A stretch of 64,000 nt of DNA from Balanoglossus misakiensis (lineage: Eukaryota > Animalia > Hemichordata), in the NCBI GenBank assembly GCA_040954595.2, contig CM082592.2, positions 7,737,677 through 7,801,676 on the forward strand, written 5' to 3'. Shown piece by piece: positions 12,480-25,000 of the stretch. Position numbers and translations under genes: made by a program. Below the pieces are notes generated by a model. That model was not told the DNA's origin. It made no database searches and worked only from the letters and a program-made list of their open reading frames with translations. Position 1 is the stretch's first letter; each line of letters opens with the position of its first letter.

Positions 12480-15400
12480 ACAAAACTACCCGAGTCTCTG
12501 AGCAGAAAGTGTTGACATGTTTTCTTCTTAAAAAACTAACCCGTTTATGAACCGCGATTGAACAGAGTGGATGAAGTTTGTCGTTCGGGCGTATAGTTTT
12601 AATTATTGAATTATAAGCTTTACTGGCTTGCCCTAAACCAACAGCCCATTTAAATCGGTTTCACAAACAAGAGATAGCAATGATAATCTGGAGGCTTCTT
12701 CTGACGCATGCGATGTTGTTTTTTCCCCCTCCAAGGAAATAAAACCGTGGATATAGCAGTGTACATGCGGTTGTTTTACGAGCTTTCGTGTGCATATATC
12801 TTGCGAGATGCAAAGGATGCGATCAAGGACGGTGTATACACGAGAGACGCATTTTGTTAGTTTAGATGGCTGTCCTTTTAAATCCGAAATTCAAATCGCG
12901 TTTTTAAGTTCGGTCTTTTAAAGTTTAATATCAGATCTCTTAATTCCTCCCCGCTGTGATCGTAACACACTCGTCGTCAAGAGGTGCAACAGAAATACGG
13001 AAAAGGCTTGCAACAACAGCAACGTCCATATCATTACGGGATCGCGAAAGCTAGCGGGCTTGCTCACGCAGTCCACAGAGAGCTGCCATCGACTGCCTCC
13101 AGGAATTTAACAGTCGGAGCCGAGGGACACGAATCCATAAAAACAAACCCATCTAAACTGCCGAACGTAACGCTACCTCGTGGGTCAACGGCGGGTCAAC
13201 TATAAAATGAATGCCCAGACTCGGCGGTGTATACGATATTGTCGGGCAAATTATGACGCCGATTCCGTGGTAAACCAATTAAATTTCACGACCGCAGTAA
13301 AAGTCGGTCATAAGCTGATATGATCGATAAAAATCAAGGTTGATATGTCATATGCAATGAAATCGGCATGAAATCTCGCATGCGACGGCACGGATCTGAT
13401 AAAAGTACACAATAAAACGGGGTTTAGGGATTTAATTTTCGTTACGTGGCGATTACCAACCTTAAAAAGCCGGTGCCCACCAAAAGTTTAGCGGAACTTT
13501 CGCAGTTGTCTGGTGAATCTTGCAAACACCCGTGAAATCGTCCTAAACAGTTGTATGCGATTCACTATGACCCGGAATCACTTGTGCGAGACAGGAAGTA
13601 TCGATATAATCAAGAGTTAATGATATTGTTTGTCGGCATGCGGCACACACAAAGGTATCCGATTTCAAAGGCGCTGAATTGAAATTAAGTCGAGAAACCG
13701 ACAGCCAATTACAGACTTTTATTAGGTTGATCACGTGTCAACGCTGTTTATTACACTGGCTGAGTGTTCAGTAGAACATTGCCTTCCGCGGGATTAACGA
13801 AGTTCCCTTGATTAAATTAATTTGAGCCCTCGACGTGGTCAGACGCATAAAAATCATCAGTTATAATTAGCTGAGAAGATTTCCGTTAATTTTGTAGCGA
13901 TAAATCGCTCACAGCGGGCAAACGCGGAATAATGTCGCGGAGTAATTTCTTTGTTTATATGTGATCAGTCTCGTAGCATGTGTATTATGGAAATAAGTGG
14001 TTTAGATCTATTACACTGAAGGTAGCATGCATAATACCATTTCTCAACTATGTTGTTGAGGTTCAGCCGAGAGATCCACCGACGTTGATGCCCTGTCTGG
14101 TGAAGGATCGTACATACTAGGAAGTGACTATGCCTGTTGTTAGCAGGCCGAGTGGACGGCTCAACGCCGCCGTGGCTCTTGGATCGTGTATTTTAGGCTG
14201 GTTCCCACTTCTGCTGATGTTCAGTCAGTTGGACGGTAAGGTTTTAACATTTGTTTGTGGCACCGATAGATTAGCGGCGTAATTCGCTATTAAGCACAAA
14301 CCCCTACACAGACAAGTATACTCTAGACTTCAACAATCTCACTGTCGGCTGGGGTGGCGATAGTCGATCGGCGGAGATTCCCCATCTTCGCGCTCCGCGA
14401 TCACCGGCTGAACGGTATAAAATAATAATAATAATACATGAAACGTGTTTATATATTCGAGGGGAAAGTAAATCGACACTTCGTAGCGTACTGAGATGTC
14501 GAGTCCTTATCTCGGTAGAAATCTGCACCCCGTAGTGAATTGAAACCGGCATAGGCATTTCATTGGAATTGAAACACCACTTTTAGAATATCGCAGTGCT
14601 GGTAAGAGCTGTCGGTGATAAACGAAGTGTTTTTCAAGTTATGTGAAAGTTACACCGACTTACAGAATACCGGAGAAGTGCTTGCAACATAAACCCTGAT
14701 AGACGTGTATTTCTGGACGTGATATCGCGCTGCACTCCGAGCGCGACTGAATGAGTGTGTTCCTGTTGTCACAATCACAGAGGTCGTACGCTTTGAAAGG
14801 AATCCCCTGCTTGGCCGGCTGGCTATTGCAACACTACCAAGTTTTTTTTTTTAACTTACGCGTCGAGTGAGAGTAACCATCGCACCCATGCACTTTTGCC
14901 AAGTAGTGACAGAAGTCGGCTTTTTATTGTTGTTCATGCATTTGGCAATAGGTAACAATACCCCCGATGTTTTTATTTGAGCGAGTGTCATTAGCATGCA
15001 GTACAGGACTTTTCGATCTGACAGCTTTCAAACACGGAAAGCCCCAACAATTGTTTTTGCCACAAACACAGAAGGCTCAATTTCTAGAGCCCCGGAACAG
15101 TGAGGCCTTTCTTCGGCAAAAATTTCCGCGTATTCGGTGGTGCCACTTTAATACCTTTAGTTGAAAAAGAATGCACTTGCCCGTGAGCGTGTTGTTGACT
15201 AATTCCTGCAGTTAAAAAAAAAAAACGACCCACTCCGATAGTGTTTCGGAACGATGTGATAAATTATATTGAATTTGAGTTAAACTGTACAGGGTTTTAC
15301 AACTCCGATGTCCTTCACTCCTTGTCATTCTGTCAGTGGCGGCGACCGATGAATGTCGTCCCGTACTACGAGACGTGTATGCGGTTCCAATGACAAGGTT

Positions 15401-16000
15401 TGAGTACATCTATAGGAGCTGGATATGTTTGCGCTGCGAAAATAATCTATTTACCCGCCCTATTATTCGCTTACAATGTGCTTTGCATATGCGCTCGGGG
15501 TTTGCAAGAAAGAAGGTTCTGTTTGCGATTGAGCATGATACCTCACAGCCGAGACCAGAGAAAATATAGAACGACAGAAGTGTGTACACTGGAAACGCCG
15601 CACCGAAAGAGAACCTCCATCAAAATAACTTATGCGGGTAGAGGCCCTACACAAGCAATGTGCGGTTAAGTTAAAAGGTCGTCCGCGAGAGAAAACATTT
15701 GTCGAAACAGTGTCTATATCAAGTTGCCGTGGAAAGAATTTACACGTTAAAAATTATGCCAAGGAATTTTTCTTTTTGTTTGGATTTTGCGGCTTATCGT
15801 GCTCGGGTTTGCCGACTTGTGTGACAGCGATACAGTATTAAACTCAGGTAGCGCGCGCCAGACAGACACGCAGAGCTAGAGGAGCGTCCCCGCGACTCAT
15901 CAGTCAGTCCGGCGGCGCGACGCGGTAAAACTTTCATCATAAAGGTGAAACCGCCGGGGGCGTTCGTTTGATATGGAAAAACGGCAAAGGCATAATCTTG
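12480..16000. promoter_or_regulatory. CpG-rich promoter / first-exon region of TMEM132
   Basis: Visibly high CpG density compared with the AACS body, surrounding the signal-peptide exon at 14130. Boundaries are approximate. Confidence 0.5.
14130..14235 (+). CDS. TMEM132: TMEM132 exon 1, signal peptide (MPVVSRPSGRLNAAVALGSCILGWFPLLLMFSQLD)
   Basis: ATG, then a hydrophobic stretch, then a strong donor G|gtaagg in phase 1 that matches exon 2. Lies in the CpG-rich region. Not present in the ORF track. Confidence 0.7.
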
Positions 16001-19000
16001 CATTTTTTTCGTGTGTGAGAGGGAGAAAAACAACACATAACAAAACAAAAAAAGCCCGAGTCGGTTTGTTTGATATCAGTTAGTTAGCATTTTATGGCCA
16101 TTTAAATTGAACTGCGTGCTGAAACATCAGCCAGACCCATTGATGTGCAAATGGTCGAGTCGCAGTTGAAGCAATCCCAAGACCATGCCATAGACTTTGC
16201 ATATGAAAGTCAATGTAAGCCAGCATTTTATGGCACCAATTCCGATTTCACACACAAGCGACATTTGTCATGGATTACATTTTTTGCTTTGGTTCGTTGA
16301 ATTTTACAAGGAGGTGTAACTGATGACACACCGGTGAGAAAAATTGTGAACTGTCACTCAGAACAGATGTGGGTGGAGAATGCATGGTGTGAGGGTTCAG
16401 GGGTGGGTGGGGTGGGGGTAGGGGGTGTTGATTCCCAGCCATACCATGTGTTAAAATAAAAAAAACACACAAGATCTGACTGTGTGTTTGCTGTGTGGAC
16501 ATTAAGCATGCATGCATAAATATGTGAGGTGAAGTGTGAAAAAAAATTTCCCAGGCCAAACTAAGTAAGTCTACACACAACAATAAAAGTTATCTGACAT
16601 TTCATCCATGGAGAGCAGTCACCTTATCAAACCGAGATAATATTTAAAGCACTCCATTAAATAGTATCTACAAGACCACCTTGAGGCCTCATCAGGTGAA
16701 ATTGCTATATAATAAGTTGAAATTACTGGCCACCAAACAGGACCGAACAACTGACCAACAACAGATAAAGTTAGGGCCACTTTAATCGTGTGACCCCCTA
16801 AGATGGCGGAAAATATGACCTCGACGGAAGCTCTCGTTTTCATCAGATACACGTAGGTTTTTTCACCCAGATATTTGTTCATATATGTTGTTTAGTTTTG
16901 TGTTGAGTTGACATTTGCTGTTCCGTGTTTAAGTCACTGGTTTGATATTATTTTTGGTATTTGTGAAGATAAGAGGGGCATTCATATCTGTAACCTGGAA
17001 GCTATATTCTTCTCACTGAAAATATTAAGATGGCAACTTGTGTCACCTACAGCTGGGCAGAAATTTTGGTATGCATTTTAACCCGTGTTTGTGCTTGTTT
17101 TTTCATGGGGTATCTTGTCGCGAAAGCATAAATTTCTTAAGAGACACAAATACACAAGGAGCATTCAGGTACACCCCACAGCTGCACAATTGGCAGCTAT
17201 AAAATTTTACACAGGCTTCGTCTCTCTCGTAAAATGGCTGATGCACAATGGCCTGCTGGACTCCTTGGAAACAAAAGCAGGGAGCGGCCGACCATGGGCC
17301 ATGAACGTTTGCATCCCCGGTCCACCCTGGAAAGAAAACCACTCAAATTATTGGGTGAAGTACAAAGTTGTAAATTTTTTCCCCGGCGAGGGACAAATAA
17401 GGGTGACTGTATTTGCACAGTGGAGATCGGCCATTAATTCAACTACTTCAAATATACTGACACTAATGCCGTCAAACACAAAGAAAGTTATCAGTTAGAT
17501 GCACTGAATGCTGCCGTGTGCTTAAGTGTAGAACGCCTCCCTGCAGAAAGGTGCAGAGAATGAGACCCCCGTCCCACCCCCACCCCCGTGTGAGAAGTAA
17601 AACAGGCTCCCACCCCCCTGGGAGAAGTGGAGCTGGACCGGGCTTTTTATTACACCCAGGAGATACTGTTCCACAGTGACATAAAACAAGCCAAAGAAGG
17701 CAGTAAGTACGCTTCCCCTGGCTGCTTTCTTTATCTCCACTTCCATCATAAAAAGTTATACCTTTACAATTCAGGCTTTATGTCTCCTAACAAACTTTTA
17801 TTTCTGCTGACCTCTGATAGCAGGCCCCCTAAGTCCACGCTTCCATGTCTGTGTTGAAGAACTGGAATATTTTAGTAAAAAATGTAAGGGCCATTTACTC
17901 TGCAGGAAAATCGTAAAGAAAAATATTGACATTCTACAGATGGTTTCTCTTCCTGTTTAAAAAAAAAAAAACATTTTTCACATTGAATTTTGAGAGAAAT
18001 TTGTAATTTTACTGGGAATACATGAGATATTCACAATAAAAATAAGGTCAATAGTGATGGATTAATTTAAAATCACACATGTAGGTCTTACGAAGGAACA
18101 TGATCAATCTTTTTTTTTCTGTAGAATTTTGCCAAAATGATTGTTCTAATAATCGTAATGTACCTTACTCAGTAAATCATGCTTGTCACAATGTTGAACT
18201 TGTAATTTAATACAGAAAATTAAAAACATTGTGATGAAAATAAATCAAGCAATTCCAGTCTGCATGGTAAGCATAGGAAATTTCATTCTGGTCAGCGTGC
18301 ACTGCCAAAGAGCATTAATATGGCAGGTGGTGGTTCCATAAGCTGACCGCTATTGCGGAGACAAAAAAAGGGGCCGACTGAGAACCAAGACTCCAGTTTG
18401 TAGCTCTGAGGTGTGAGGATTTTGAAAAGCACCTCTCGATCAGCACCCTGGTCTCTCGACCAATCAGAAGCCCTGCTTGACTGATTCCCCAAATCTCTTG
18501 CCCCGAGCTGCAGATTTAGAAGCCCGTGTCCTCATCCCTCGCCGGGAGAAGGAGGAAAAAAAATGAATGGGCACAACTGACCTTAGCTGAGGTGAAATCA
18601 CATCTACCCGAAGCTGGAACCCCACCCCCCTCCGGAATATTTTACTCCCAACTGTAAGCTTTGTTTCGTTGTATAATAGGAAATGAGATGAGTAAGCACT
18701 CTGAAAATCCCTGGCTCTGAGTTATTAGAACCGTGTTTGGTGTTCTTTTATTCTGTCTTGTTTCTAGGACACTGTCCCAGATTCTCATTGGCACAGCAGG
18801 GTCTAAAGCACTTTGCCGACAAAAGAAGTTGTTTTATGTGTACAGAGAGCTCAACTCGCTCGGCCTGTTCGTGGAAAATTCACACAAAATGCCCAATATT
18901 CTCGGTGTGAGAAATTGTATGATTTTGCAGCTCGTAATCTCTTCTCACACGTTTTGGTTGGAGGCCAAGGAATGTGGCTAAGCCTCAACTCAGGATTCAT

Positions 19001-22000
19001 CTCAGTTCCGTCCGGCACTGCCCGGCTGTGGAATAGTATTTTTGTCAGCTGGCGAACACAAACTCCTTCTTTGTTTCACATGGCTTAGGCGTCTTGATAC
19101 CCAAATATTACTCTCTGACACGCACACACAAAAATTGGATTCAGTTTTCTGTTGCTTGGCAGCAAAACTCCATCTTGCGTTGAAATTTGATGAGAAATCC
19201 GAGCATGTATCAAAATGAACTGCCGTAAACCATATCCTCGCAGAGCACATTTTTGGGAGTTTTTTTTAAAAATCACACGACCTACTTTCCCCCAGAGCAT
19301 TTCTGAAGAAATTGATTCCCATCAACGTCGTAACGCGTCTGTCATCAAGTCCACCGCATAGCTATGGAATCTTTGGACAATTCTCTGGCTAGTCACGGTT
19401 ATAATTTGGCCACAACCACGTCCCTGATAATTACACCAAGATTGGGGTCGGGGGGTCATCCGTCACCTGTTGTTGGGTTAATTAAGAACCGTACACCACA
19501 TTGAGTGATGGAACCCAGAGTGGTTTCATTCCTTCTGCAGAGTTTTTACATCCGTTGCCTTTCGTTGTAAATGTGCGAAATAATGATTTATCGCTGGCTG
19601 AATAGCTAGAAATTCATACAGGAAAATAAATTGAAGTGTGTTCGCAGAGATTGAGTTTGAATGAGGCTGTACACTCATTTCTTTTCATGAATCTGAACAA
19701 GATTTTTGGTATCAGCTCCGTAGATCCAAACCAGGTGTAAAGCTAGCTGCAGGGCCGCTGAAATAAAAAACAGGAACTGTCTACAGGCTTGCCAGACAGA
19801 CGGGTGGGATCATGTACAGCTTTACTGGGGCTCACCTGAGACCACCTGAAACCCGTAGGGATATTCGATGCTGGCATCCAGTTTCCCACCTGTCTTAAGC
19901 CGTGAAATAGAATACTTTTGTGATGGGGGATAAGCTGCTTTTTTTATGGCGTATGGACGGGGTGAAAGAGGAAAAAAGGGCTTTGCTGCGGTGCACAGTC
20001 TATGCGGTCTGTTGTTTGTTGTTTATACCTCAGGTTGTGGGTGTTTACGCTATTTTCTGGATAGGGTAAGTGATTCTTTTTTTGCGGTTTGGAATTACTA
20101 TACCTAAAGCCTTCTCTTTGTGTCTGTCTAGGTCTGTCTTTCCCTCTGTCTGTCTTTCTGTCTGTGAGGCCCAAGTTTCTTTCCCTCACTATCTTTTCAT
20201 TCAACAGAAGCGATTCCAACAGCTGAGAGATGCTTAGGTACATCATGAATATTTCCAGTCTACGTAAACCAGCCACTTTTTGCAGTGTTTTTGAATTGGA
20301 CAATGTGAGAGGGAGCTCGAGTTCTTTGGTGTATAGGTGGTGAAGCAAGGGTGAACTTGCAGTGTTTTTTCCCCCCAGTAGCCATTTTCATCTGATTCAT
20401 CCGCATCCATCCATTTCAACTCGGGTTCTTTTATCTCCGTCGCACAGGGATCACAGTGCTCTGTCTTCGATCTCTCTCTCTCTCCCTGCCCCGGCACGGG
20501 CAATCCATCATAATTTGAACTTGTCACTTTGCCTGTGAAGAAACCTTTTCTTCCTGCACAGGCAGCCAGGAGCTCTGGGGTCCGAGAGGTCGCGACCCCG
20601 TGCCGTGGGCACAAAGCGGCAGAGACGTATGGTAAACTGGCGAATGAATGGAGCGAAATGCAAACCCGTGTAAAATCCCTTGTCTTGAATTCTTTATGAG
20701 GGAGAACCAAGGCTACTGGGAGACAAAAGTGGCTTGAAATTGACACCCCGTCCGTCCGGCAAAGCCTAAATACACCAGCGGAGCTGTGGTCTGGTTTATT
20801 CATACTTATAGCAGCCCCTCTCCCTTGTCTCTTGCAACCCCCTCCACCTCCCCACGAAGATGGGTTTACTACATTTGCTAAGATCAATAGAGACTCAACC
20901 ATCTCATTGTCTATAGTTGCGCGGGTGTCGATTTAATTCTACCACTCGCTCACTCAGATCGAGACAAGGACCCCCCTCGAAAAAAAGAGGGGCAGACTAC
21001 TTTGATTAGATCAATAGAGACTTCAGTGCTGTAGTTATATTGTTTCATTTTAACCCCCAAAGAAAACCATAATACAGGGGGTATTAGCGTATTGTCTTTA
21101 TGCAGGATGTCATCGTAGCCTTTCAGGAGCCCCTGCATACTTTGTTTTCTTAAGGTTAATTGGTTTTACTGATCATGCTACCTTTCCGATAAGTGGGGGA
21201 AAAAACAGTTTATGTCAATTTTTTCCGAGGCCATCTAAGCAACTGGAAAGATTCCATTTTACCATTTTTACGTCAAAGCGTTGACTATTCGAAATTGTGA
21301 CTTTCACACTGAGACTGAGAGAACTTTGTTATTTCAACAAAGTTTTGCATTTATATACACGCAAGTTTAAATGTTCGTTTGTTTAGTCTGGACGGAATTT
21401 CGTTGCTGAATCTGAAATAGTTATTTAGCCGTCATTTCACAGTCCTGTTTTATTCCCGTAAGTTTGTGACTGAGAATTTTTTTTCTGTCTGTGTATAAGT
21501 AAGCATGAGATGAAGAATTGTGCACCTGAAGGTTTGTAGTTCTCGACAACGATATAAGCTCGGAACAACTCTGGGGTTTGTTTTTAGCAAACTAGGTGGT
21601 CCCAACTCGTAAAGTCCACCAGTCTGCCTGCAGTGTGGTGGTCAGTTTACTGCCTCTTCTCTAGATTGTCCCATTTGAATTCTTTCTTTGGCTGCCGGTG
21701 CAAACATAAAAATTCATGTTTCCTGCACTGGGTGGCTGACTCGGCAGTTTTATTAGCGGCTGAGCTCTTGTCTCGGTATTTTATGGGAATTTGTTAAACA
21801 GAGACTAAAAGTTGTTTTGAAAGCTGTGAGCGGTGTGGGTTTTACAGGGTTCAGAGGATTGGCACAACTTTATTCTGGAATTTTATGGCACGATAGTGTA
21901 AAGAAAAAAAAAACGCTAAAAAGAAAAAAGTTCTCAAGTGCCTACACAAAAAGCAGGATCTGTAGAATTTTCTGAAGTTTTTTTTTATCTGTGATACGCA

Positions 22001-25000
22001 TCAAATTGCTGTGAAGTATTTTATTGGGTGAGTCGAGTACCTGGCAATAATTCCTGCTTCAGGTGGCAAATTCAGCATTGTGATTCTGATTCCGTTTTTT
22101 TTTTTTTTTTTGATTGATTAGAAACAATCGCGCGAGGGTCGTCAAAGTATAGTGCGGGGGGAGAACTCGAACCATTTAGTAATCAGTTTCGAGAGCACGT
22201 TGGCAATTTTTAGCTGTAAAAAAGTTTGATCCGACCCCGATCCAGTGCAGCCAGGCTAATTGGATTTTCTGAAAGTCATTTCATATAGCGTAATTGCCTC
22301 GGTGTAATGTTCTAGGGGTGAATCGGGGCGATGATTAAATTGAACCCTGGAATAAATACCACCTTGTTCGTATACACTTGATGCTTACCATGAAGTGTTG
22401 AAAAAAAAATTGTCTAGTTCTCAGTGAAGCCTCAGAATGAAATTTGGAGGTAAACATCATAGCTTTCTGTGCGTCTCTATAGTCTGTGATTGTGCCTCGC
22501 TCAGGACGTCCGTTACACTTGTGATCAAGGGATTAACACGGCTAAAAGCCAAAGAAAAGTCGTGACATTGAAACAGACGTACATGTATTCCCCACAGAGC
22601 CCGATAGCAAATAGCTCAGGCAGCGGTGGTTTGTCACACAAAGCCCTGGTATCTCTACGTACTCCATCCTAAGTGTGGCGATCATCGGGGTCATCACACA
22701 GAGAGACAGCCGTCGAGGAAGAGAAGAAAAAAAAACTCGGGGAAACAGATAGACTTTAATAGGTTCCAGAGTGCAAAGTGCAGCACCGGCCCGAGCCAAT
22801 GATTAATTAATGTCGTTAGTGGAGGTGTACTACCAACTTGTAATTTGGAGAGGGTGTCCAGGGGGTTTTGTCAGCTTTTCAAAGCAACTGTCATATTTTA
22901 ACCATTTGTGGTGACAGAACTGTCAAAGAAGGAGAAACTGGCTCTGATAAGAGACTCCGACTTGTGTAGCCAAGTATGTTATTCTTTGTGCGTGCTCAGC
23001 CCATTTAGAAAAGAAAAAAAACATTCAAATTTACGTCTTTTTTTGAAAACTTAACCTTGAGTGTCATGTATCTAATTTTGTTCAACAACCTCAATTTTAA
23101 TACCAAAAGATGCAATTAGAATATTATATAACTCTTTGCAATCCAAAAATCCTTGGCAACCGTGTTTTGGGTTTCCTTCACCTGGGAATTAGCCGAGGGG
23201 CTAGCTGAAATTCTGCAAATTTGAGTCGTAAAAAAAAGGCCAAGTGAATTGGGCGCAGCTTTCAATTCACAGCGGGCTTGTCACATCTAATGCATACCAC
23301 TGTACATATGTGCAACATCTTGCGTGCGGCTTCCTACAAAGGTTGGAGGCAGAATCGCCAATACGTGTTGCGCGATATTAATTTACGCTCGCAGTTGAGC
23401 TGACTGCAGACACTTAAAAAAAAAAGCTCCCATTTTTTTTTTTTACAATCATGTACAATATGACTTCGGTGTGAAGAGAGGTGCGGGACACATGTTCTTT
23501 TGTGGCGGTGCACCGTGTTGACACACCATGCAATGTCATATTAATTTCAGCTCGGCAAATGTTCGCCCCTGTAACTGAACAAATATTTATCCTGAGTTTT
23601 AAACGTGTTCACATGTACATGCCCAACAAGAATACTAACAACTCGTCTTTTTTTCTCTCTCTCTCTCCGCCAGTGACCTCGTCGGGCAAGCTCAGCAACA
23701 GGGATGACTGGAGCGCCTTTTCACAGCTACAAGCTGAATTCTCCGTGCCAAATCCAAGGGGGGTGTTCTTCTTGAGGGATAATAACTTTGACGGCCAGAG
23801 GAAGAGGTTGAATTCGACGGAGACCTCCTCTGAAGTCCTTTTAGGAATTGTGACTCCTGAAAACCATGTAGTGCAGGCGTCGTACGGACCTTTTAAAGTG
23901 GAACAGGACACTTTGAAACAAAACACATCCAAAAAGTATTATTCACACGTTGACATTGCAACGTACATAGTTAAATCGAACATCAGGGCGGCAAGCCCGG
24001 TGGTAAAAGTTATATTCCATGTCACACATGGGTTGGAAGCGCACAATAATGGCGCCACAAGTACGAACCTCAACAGGGAGATCCCCTGTTTGAAGATGTA
24101 CCTTCTGTACAACGAGGACGAGCAGACGGCCGCTTGTAAGCCGCACGGCCGCAAACTCATCTGCCTCTTGGAGACCGCCGTCCCCAACAGCTGGTGGAGG
24201 CAGATGGAGGCGACGGGACGGGATCAGATCAAAGTGTACTACACCATCGAGGACTTCGAGGAGAACTCCTCCTGCGAGCAGAGCAGCGGGAATTCCATCC
24301 GGCTCGGGAAGCTGGCCGACAACGGCAAGGAGCCGCAGCTCTACCGCGTGGGCGACGTGACGATGATGTGGGAGGAGGACGACTGGGAGGTGGTCAGGGA
24401 TAACCCCCACATCTGGTTGAGGGTGCCGCGGGAGGAGCTTTTCCCGGGAACGAAGTTCAACGTCGGAGTGGTGCTCCCTCCCAACTCGACGCTGTCAACG
24501 TTCTCTATCAGGTAAGTGTGCCGTGAGACCCTCTTGCAAGTGTCCCGTTTATGCCATGCATATACAGCCATCAAAACCGATCCCTGTCTAATCTGAAAAC
24601 CTATCAGTACCGGATACCTCACCCTGACCTGATGCTGTACTGAAAAACTCTTAATAAACTGCCTTCACAATCTCATGACATGAATATTGAAAGGCTAAGA
24701 TTTGCACGATTGATGGTGAGCTGCCTGTGTGCATTAGGTCTTGTTAGACATTTTACCACTGCCAAAAGACGAGTCCATATAGTTCTACAAGAAAAGTTAA
24801 TAAACTGTTTGGTGAAACCCATACTGTGAATAGGATTCCTCCAGTACAAAAAACTGACTTCAAGAAATATGTGTGGATGTAAAAGAACAAAAAAAGCTGC
24901 CGTGGTAGTCGTCAAGACCGACAAAAGGGGGAGTGGAAACAACACTGACTCGGAAGAATAGACAACAGGAGTGGTCGGCATAACTTTTGACATCCGCGCA

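Noticed and set aside
18440-18458. REST/RE1-like TCAGCACCCTGGTCTC in TMEM132 intron 1
   Set aside because: Only the left half matches; the right half lacks GGACAG
19944-20902. 219-aa and 134-aa minus-strand ORFs in TMEM132 intron 1
   Set aside because: They run through simple repeats (TCTG, CT) and show no domain-like composition or splice support
23481-23673. N-terminal extension of the 344-aa ORF as the TMEM132 start
   Set aside because: It uses a GTG start and runs through a polypyrimidine tract and acceptor, so it is intronic; the signal-peptide exon at 14130 fits better
23609-24410. Antisense ORFs over TMEM132 exon 2
   Set aside because: Same shadow effect; the sense frame carries the TMEM132 motifs
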